Of a stretch of DNA of 41,542 nucleotides, positions 36,151-41,542 are shown one piece after another; position 1 is the stretch's first letter; the number at the start of each line of letters is the position of its first letter. The notes under the pieces were generated by a model, which was given only the letters and a program-made list of their open reading frames with translations, was not told the DNA's origin and ran no database searches. Position numbers and translations under genes: made by a program. The DNA is from Octopus bimaculoides (taxonomy: Eukaryota), in the NCBI RefSeq assembly GCF_001194135.2, contig NC_068985.1, positions 20,192,228 through 20,233,769 on the forward strand, in the 5' to 3' direction.

Positions 36151-36499
36151 AATATATACATAAATTAGTTATAAGTGTTCCTTAAGAATCAAGGCACATC
36201 AACATATAAGATGCCAGAAAATGGCTAGGTACAAACACGTACAACTCACGGTGAAATAAAGCACCGTTGCAGACTTCGATTGCTGGTTGAGTAACGTAGA
36301 TATATGCAAATACGAAATCCAATTCGTAACCGTCGATCAGACTCATCAGTGGATCCTTAGAGTGGCGTTGCTATAAAATAGTAAATACAAATGGTGTTTA
36401 AAATTTATGACGGCTGTTTCAGCCTGCAAAGCACATCCTTTTCTCCAGATTCAACAACTAGACAGATACCTACACATACATACATGCATGCATACATAA

Positions 36500-36822
36500 C
36501 TGGGACTTCGTAGGTTACGACAATGAGTGTTCCAGTTGATCCGATCGACGGAATAACCTGCGCGTGAAATTAACGTGCGAGTGGCTGAGCACTCCACAGA
36601 TACGCGTACCCTTAACGCAATTACCAGGGAGGAACGGCATGACACAGATTGTGACAAGGCTAGCCCTGTGAAATGCAGGTACTACTCATTTTTACCAGCT
36701 GAGTGGACTGGTGCAATGTGAAATAAAGTGTCTTTCGAAAGGAGTACAACGCGCCGCCAGGAATCTCATGACCTTACGATCGTGAATCGAACACGCTAAC
36801 AACTGAGTTACGCACCTTCACA
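36500..36822 (-). mobile_element. SINE family B', full length, diverged
   Basis: Reverse complement reads TGTGAAGGTGCGTAACTCAG...GACACTTTATTTCAC...GCCTTGTCAC...GGATCAACTGGAAC. Confidence 0.8.
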
Positions 36823-36837
36823 TACATACATATATAC

Positions 36838-37541
36838 ATACATAGGAGGAATTTCAACCATGTTTCGTGGTCTGCTACCACAACAGCTCCTTTATAGGAT
36901 CCAGTTAGCTCAAGACATCATCAGGAGGAACCACGTCCGGTTTCGGCCCCTATTCCTCTACCGTTTTGACGTGGCGGGGCCCCTCCTTTCGGAGGTGTCT
37001 TCAGCTCTGGTGTTGGGTGCATGTCTTCTTTCNNNNNNNNNNNNNNNNNNNNNNNNNNNNNNNNNNNNNNNNNNNNNNNNNNNNNNNNNNNNNNNNNNNN
37101 NNNNNNNNNNNNNNNNNNNNNNNNNNNNNNNNNNNNNNNNNNNNNNNNNNNNNNNNNNNNNNNNNNNNNNNNNNNNNNNNNNNNNNNNNNNNNNNNNNNN
37201 NNNNNNNNNNNNNNNNNNNNNNNNNNNNNNNNNNNNNNNNNNNNNNNNNNNNNNNNNNNNNNNNNNNNNNNNNNNNNNNNNNNNNNNNNNNNNNNNNNNN
37301 NNNNNNNNNNNNNNNNNNNNNNNNNNNNNNNNNNNNNNNNNNNNNNATACATAGGAGGAATTTCAACCATGTTTCGTGGTCTGCTACCACAACAGCTCCT
37401 TTATAGGATCCAGTTAGCTCAAGACATCATCAGGAGGAACCACGTCCGGTTTCGGCCCCTACTCCTCTACCGTTTTGACGTGGCGGGGCCCCTCCTTTCG
37501 GAGGTGTCTTCAGCTCTGGTGTTGGGTGCATGTCTTCTTTC
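36838..37541. repeat. 195-bp duplication flanking a gap (36838-37032 = 37347-37541, one substitution)
   Basis: The sequences on either side of the N-run are identical except TATTCC/TACTCC. Confidence 0.9.
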
Positions 37542-37773
37542 TTCTATTCCCTGGCCTCTTCGATGCAGCATCAACGAGTGTCAGCGTCCGACTGATCGTC
37601 ATGTCAATTCCTAGTTATCGTATATTCTGTCAAGAACGTAGTAGAGTACAGTATAAAGTTCGTCCACCTTCATATTTACCCTGTGCTATCCAGTAGTAGT
37701 ATAATACGTGCGTCCAAGTTTCCGTGTGGACATCTGTTGTGTGTGAATAATTCTGTGACCCGACTTTTCGTAC

Positions 37774-38385
37774 TATGTCACTTTGTCCAACGTCACTTCG
37801 TCCACCCCTTTTGGTCCGACGTCTTTCTGTCCGATGATTTTTTTTTTGTCCAACGACTTTTTGTCCACTTTTAAATAAACTCTTTAGAAAACAAGGTGAA
37901 CATCAAAATCAAATAATCATTGAGAATTTTATTGATAGGATTCAAATAAAATACTGTGGAAAAATGTATTTAAAAAAAATATTTTAAAGAAGTAATAAGA
38001 TATAATAATGATTTATTATGATCACTTAAGACTGATGCAAAATATATGCCACACTCTTCAAAAAATCAATTTTTGATGTTGACCCATATACAATGACCAG
38101 TTATTAGAGGCGTTCAGTTATTCTTTGATATCGTGTACATGAATTTGACGGATCTCCTCGAAGAAGTTGAATCATTTCACCTTGAACGAACACTTCCTCT
38201 TCCATCAGAGTTCTGAATAATTTCCAAATATTCAAATGTGCTCCACCCGCCGAACGCTTTCTTGCAGAATGAAACCCCTCCAAATATTATTTGTTCTGGG
38301 AAGATCTTGAAGAATACGCTATCAGGAATGTAGGTGGTTCTCTCCTTCGTCTAGCACCACGTCCTCTCACAACGCCTATGTAAAT
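37774..38385 (-). mobile_element. MULE (Mutator-like) transposon 3' end
   Basis: Minus-strand YIGVVRGRG.RRR.PP.F...DLPRTNN.LEGFH...IWKL...DFLKSVAYIL*, typical of the MULE transposase C-terminus; terminal array of (T/G)TCCA/GAC subrepeats at 37774-37870. Confidence 0.75.
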
Positions 38386-38405
38386 CAAGTCAAAGTAAGC
38401 GATGA

Positions 38406-38461
<56 letters not shown>

Positions 38462-38509
38462 CTATCTATCTATCTNNNNNNNNNNTGTGTGTGTGTGTGT
38501 GTGTGTGTG

Positions 38510-38540
<31 letters not shown>

Positions 38541-38545
38541 ATACA

Positions 38546-39355
38546 CGCGGTCTGATCAATAAGTATCCATAAGTATCCGGATTGTTGCCATAGTATTGAA
38601 GCTAAAGCTTGGCACAATTTGACTGTTAATTTTGCTGCGCTTGCGCAATACATTTTTACGTTCTAGCTCACTTCCGCTGTTTATAGCAGTGCTTGGAATG
38701 AACGTGTGGAGCGTGTGATCGTCGCATTGACCATGAACCTGCATCAAAAGCTTGGCGATACCTGCTCAGAGGCCTACGCAAAGTTGCAGAAGGTTTATGG
38801 AGAGGAGTGTATGAGCCGACAAAATGTCGAACGTTCTGAGAGACCCACAACCAACAGAACTGAGAAAAGCATCGCATCTGTGAGGGGAAATCGTCGAATC
38901 ACCATCCGTTAGTTATTAGAGGATGTAGAGATTAGTCACGGTTCAGTTCAGTCCATTATCATTGAAGATTTGGGTATGAGACGCGTGTCTGCCAAGTTGG
39001 TGCCAGAACTGCTTTTAGCTGACAATGCACCTGCCCATTCAGCGCAGCTTGTGCAGTAGTTTTTGGCTAAGCACAGCATTCCCCGGGTCCGACAGCCACC
39101 GTATTCCCCAAATCTCACCCCTTCCGACTTTTTCCTCTTTCCAAAAATCAAATCTCGCTTGAAAGGAAGGAGATTTCAGGACGTCGAGGAAATCAAAGTG
39201 AATGCGACGAGGCATCTGCTGATTACGCCAGAAAACGAGTTCCAGGAATGCTTCTATCAATGGGGACTACTTTGAAAGAGATTAAATGCCAAATTGGTAC
39301 GTGTTGTAGTTTTGTTTCTATAGCACTAGTCCGGATACTTATTGATCAGACCTAG
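38546..39355 (+). mobile_element. Internally deleted mariner element
   Basis: TIRs GGTCTGATCAATAAGTATCC (left copy with a 10-bp tandem duplication) / GGATACTTATTGATCAGACC, TA on the right flank; remnants KLQKVYGEECMSR, LGMRRVSAKLVP, DNAPAHS, PPYSPNLTPSDFFLFPKIK. Confidence 0.92.
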
Positions 39356-40049
39356 TATAGGAATAAAAATAATTTGAGTGGTTTGTACCTACGTAGGCAT
39401 GTAAACAAACGTAACACAACCAATCCCTTTCTTTCTCTCTCTCTCTCTCTGTCCTCACCCTCTTATCCTAACATTTATTCTCAGTACTATCACAAATTTG
39501 TCTAAACGTCTGAGATTAGTTATCATAATAAGATTAAAATTTATCGGATTATTAAACTTATCTTTAAAGATAGAAATACTTCGATATTTATACTGCAATA
39601 TGTTTCAATAGTGTATGGAGGTGCAAAGAAGAATTCTTTTAAAGCTAGTGAGAATCGGTGAACCTACATAAAGGTGGACGGGTCAATATTATCAGTAGTG
39701 ACAAAGCTGATAGAACTGCTTGATATAATAGAAGTATACTTAATTTCATGTTGAAAAACGATAGTGTATGGCGTTAAAGCGTTGTTTAGTGTTCAAGCTG
39801 AAAATATTCGATTAATCCTGTAACAAGTCAAGCTGTTGTTAATGTCCGTATATTTGCAAGACTTTTACACTCCATTCTTCCAGCGGTTAACACTCACTAT
39901 CCCAGCATGCTTCTTAATTAAAAGTACTGCTGATAGATTTGTCAATACAGCCGCCGTAGCTTTGTCCTAGTACCAGAGAATTAGACAAAAATCTAATCTT
40001 CAATGAGGCCTAAAAACACTAATTGGGACCCGTTTTAGGATCTAAAACG

Positions 40050-40600
40050 ATCCCCCTATTTAATAGGTATCTATAGTCCAGGAAGCTGTCATCGTAGAAG
40101 TTCGGATAGCTCCGTCGTAGAAGTTAAGACCGATTAGCGTACATTTTTTCTAATTTTCTGGGCCTTAATCTAGAGCTGTAAGGTCGCTGTATCAGCGGTA
40201 CCTCACTCACCAGAGATAAGCCAAATTGCTTAATCTCGTACACACCAGCAGTTTTAACCATGATTCCGAATCCACCTTAATTATATCCAACATTCTACCT
40301 GCTAAATATCTTAACTATCGACAACATCCACATGTCCGCACCCATACATCGATTTCCAGCCCTGTTAAAACTATTCTTCCTCTCGCTGCCCAACAGCAGA
40401 TAAGCTGTCCATTTTCTCTGAAGTTTTCCAACTCCGCCGTGTATACAGCAAAAGTCTAGACTTCCACTGAAAATGCGAAGACACGCATGACTTTTTTGAT
40501 TTTTGACGATGTAAATCAATTGCAGATGTTGGACTTCACCGACTTCAAGCGTTCCTGTTGGATATATGCACACGTGAAAACTAAATTCTTTTCTTTACCT
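40050..40600 (-). pseudogene. Possible decayed AP-endonuclease of an RTE-like LINE
   Basis: Minus-strand VCIYPTG and IHGGVGKL..ENGQL..W resemble the APE motifs SAYAPT and VHG..G.G..N.NG..L; weak and by eye only. Confidence 0.3.
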
Positions 40601-41073
40601 TTTACCTACACATTTCTCCATAATTTCTGCTTTCTGCACGCTAAGGCATTATTTTCTTTGATCATTCCCATACTACCTCTTTCAAAAGATACAAGTAAGT
40701 TAGAAACTTTCTTACCTCAACTACACTCGGCCAGGTGCCTTCAAATGCATTTACTTTCCCTTTATCTTAAACACCACAACCATAACCAGTCCGAAATCTC
40801 AGTACCAAATCAGTCAAAACTATTTAACACCAAATGTATAGACGTTCAATGTTAAATAGCACAAATATCGGCAGACGAAATATTGTCAGTATTGGGGAAT
40901 AGGATTGTTGTATCACGCGATTTCGGCGTAACTTTCGCCTCGTCAGCTACAGGCACCCAATCACTGAATGTTTGACCAAAATCTCGTCAGACCAATATAG
41001 TTTAACACTAACTAAATAGTGATGTCGGAAAAAACTGGTTGGCTGTGTGTATATTAGCTATTAGCATCTACAT

Positions 41074-41489
41074 AAACATCCATACGAGATGTTTTCTCAG
41101 GATGAGTACTGTAACTTACAGCGTTTAAAACAACACATCCAAGTTAAGTTGGATGAGCAAATAAAGTTTCGTCATAAAGTTTACTTCTGTCGCTAATAGC
41201 TAATTTATACATAGCATAGCTTGCCAGCTTTGGGTGACATCACTGATTCCTTTAGTTAGGATTAAATCAGTTTGATGAGATTTAAGTCTGGCATTTGGTG
41301 ATTGGGTATCTGCTGCTGACGAGAAGCGAAAATTACATCATATTCATGTAATGCAACAGTCCCATCCGCTTGGTGGAGACAAAATTTCGTCTGTCAATAT
41401 AATCATCCACAAGAGATGATTTCTCTGGGCGACAACTGCAGCTTACAGCATTTAAAATAACACATCCAAGATAAGTTGGTCGTGCAAAT
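41074..41489 (+). repeat. 89-bp ungapped direct repeat: 41074-41162 and 41401-41489
   Basis: About 72/89 identical by manual alignment, including the shared CTTACAGC.TTTAAAA.AACACATCCAAG.TAAGTTGG. Confidence 0.85.
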
Positions 41490-41542
41490 TCATTCATTCA
41501 TATGTATATGTATGATGTATGTATATATATATATATATATAT

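Noticed and set aside
37400-37540. HDV-like ribozyme fold (TCCTC loop, GCTAA junction)
   Set aside because: A consistent P1/P2/P3/P1.1 set could not be built by hand.
41316-41340. CTGACGA-GAAGC-GAAA minizyme-like word
   Set aside because: No stem III or stem I pairing.

Overview
Repeat-saturated, AT-rich eukaryotic DNA with 14 assembly gaps (about 4 kb of N) and a very high load of (CA)n, (TA)n, (TACA)n, (TATC)n and (CT)n microsatellites. The microsatellite load and SINE types resemble an octopus/cephalopod genome; this is inference from recall and was not verified. No host protein-coding gene can be supported: nearly all ORFs in the track are translated microsatellites, gaps or transposon debris. 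The window holds more than 20 copies or fragments of tRNA-derived SINEs in about five modular families (working labels A, B, B', C, D), including three near-identical young copies. It also holds decayed non-LTR retrotransposons (two Hero-like, two R4/Dong-like, RTE-like pieces, a Penelope-like GIY-YIG relic) and DNA transposon relics (DD37D/maT-like, DUF4817-type Tc1/mariner, mariner, MULE, MITEs and foldbacks). The most interesting signals are: (1) a set of minimal type I hammerhead-ribozyme motifs, one apparently complete with a compensatory U3-A8 core pair and one with a single A6U change; (2) restriction-like-endonuclease (REL) LINEs repeatedly nested in the internal microsatellite of one SINE family, with both R4-like copies bounded by (TACA)n; (3) a tRNA-like Pol III unit in a 316-bp tandem duplication; (4) a 427-bp foldback. 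All alignments and folds were done by eye, and element edges are approximate.
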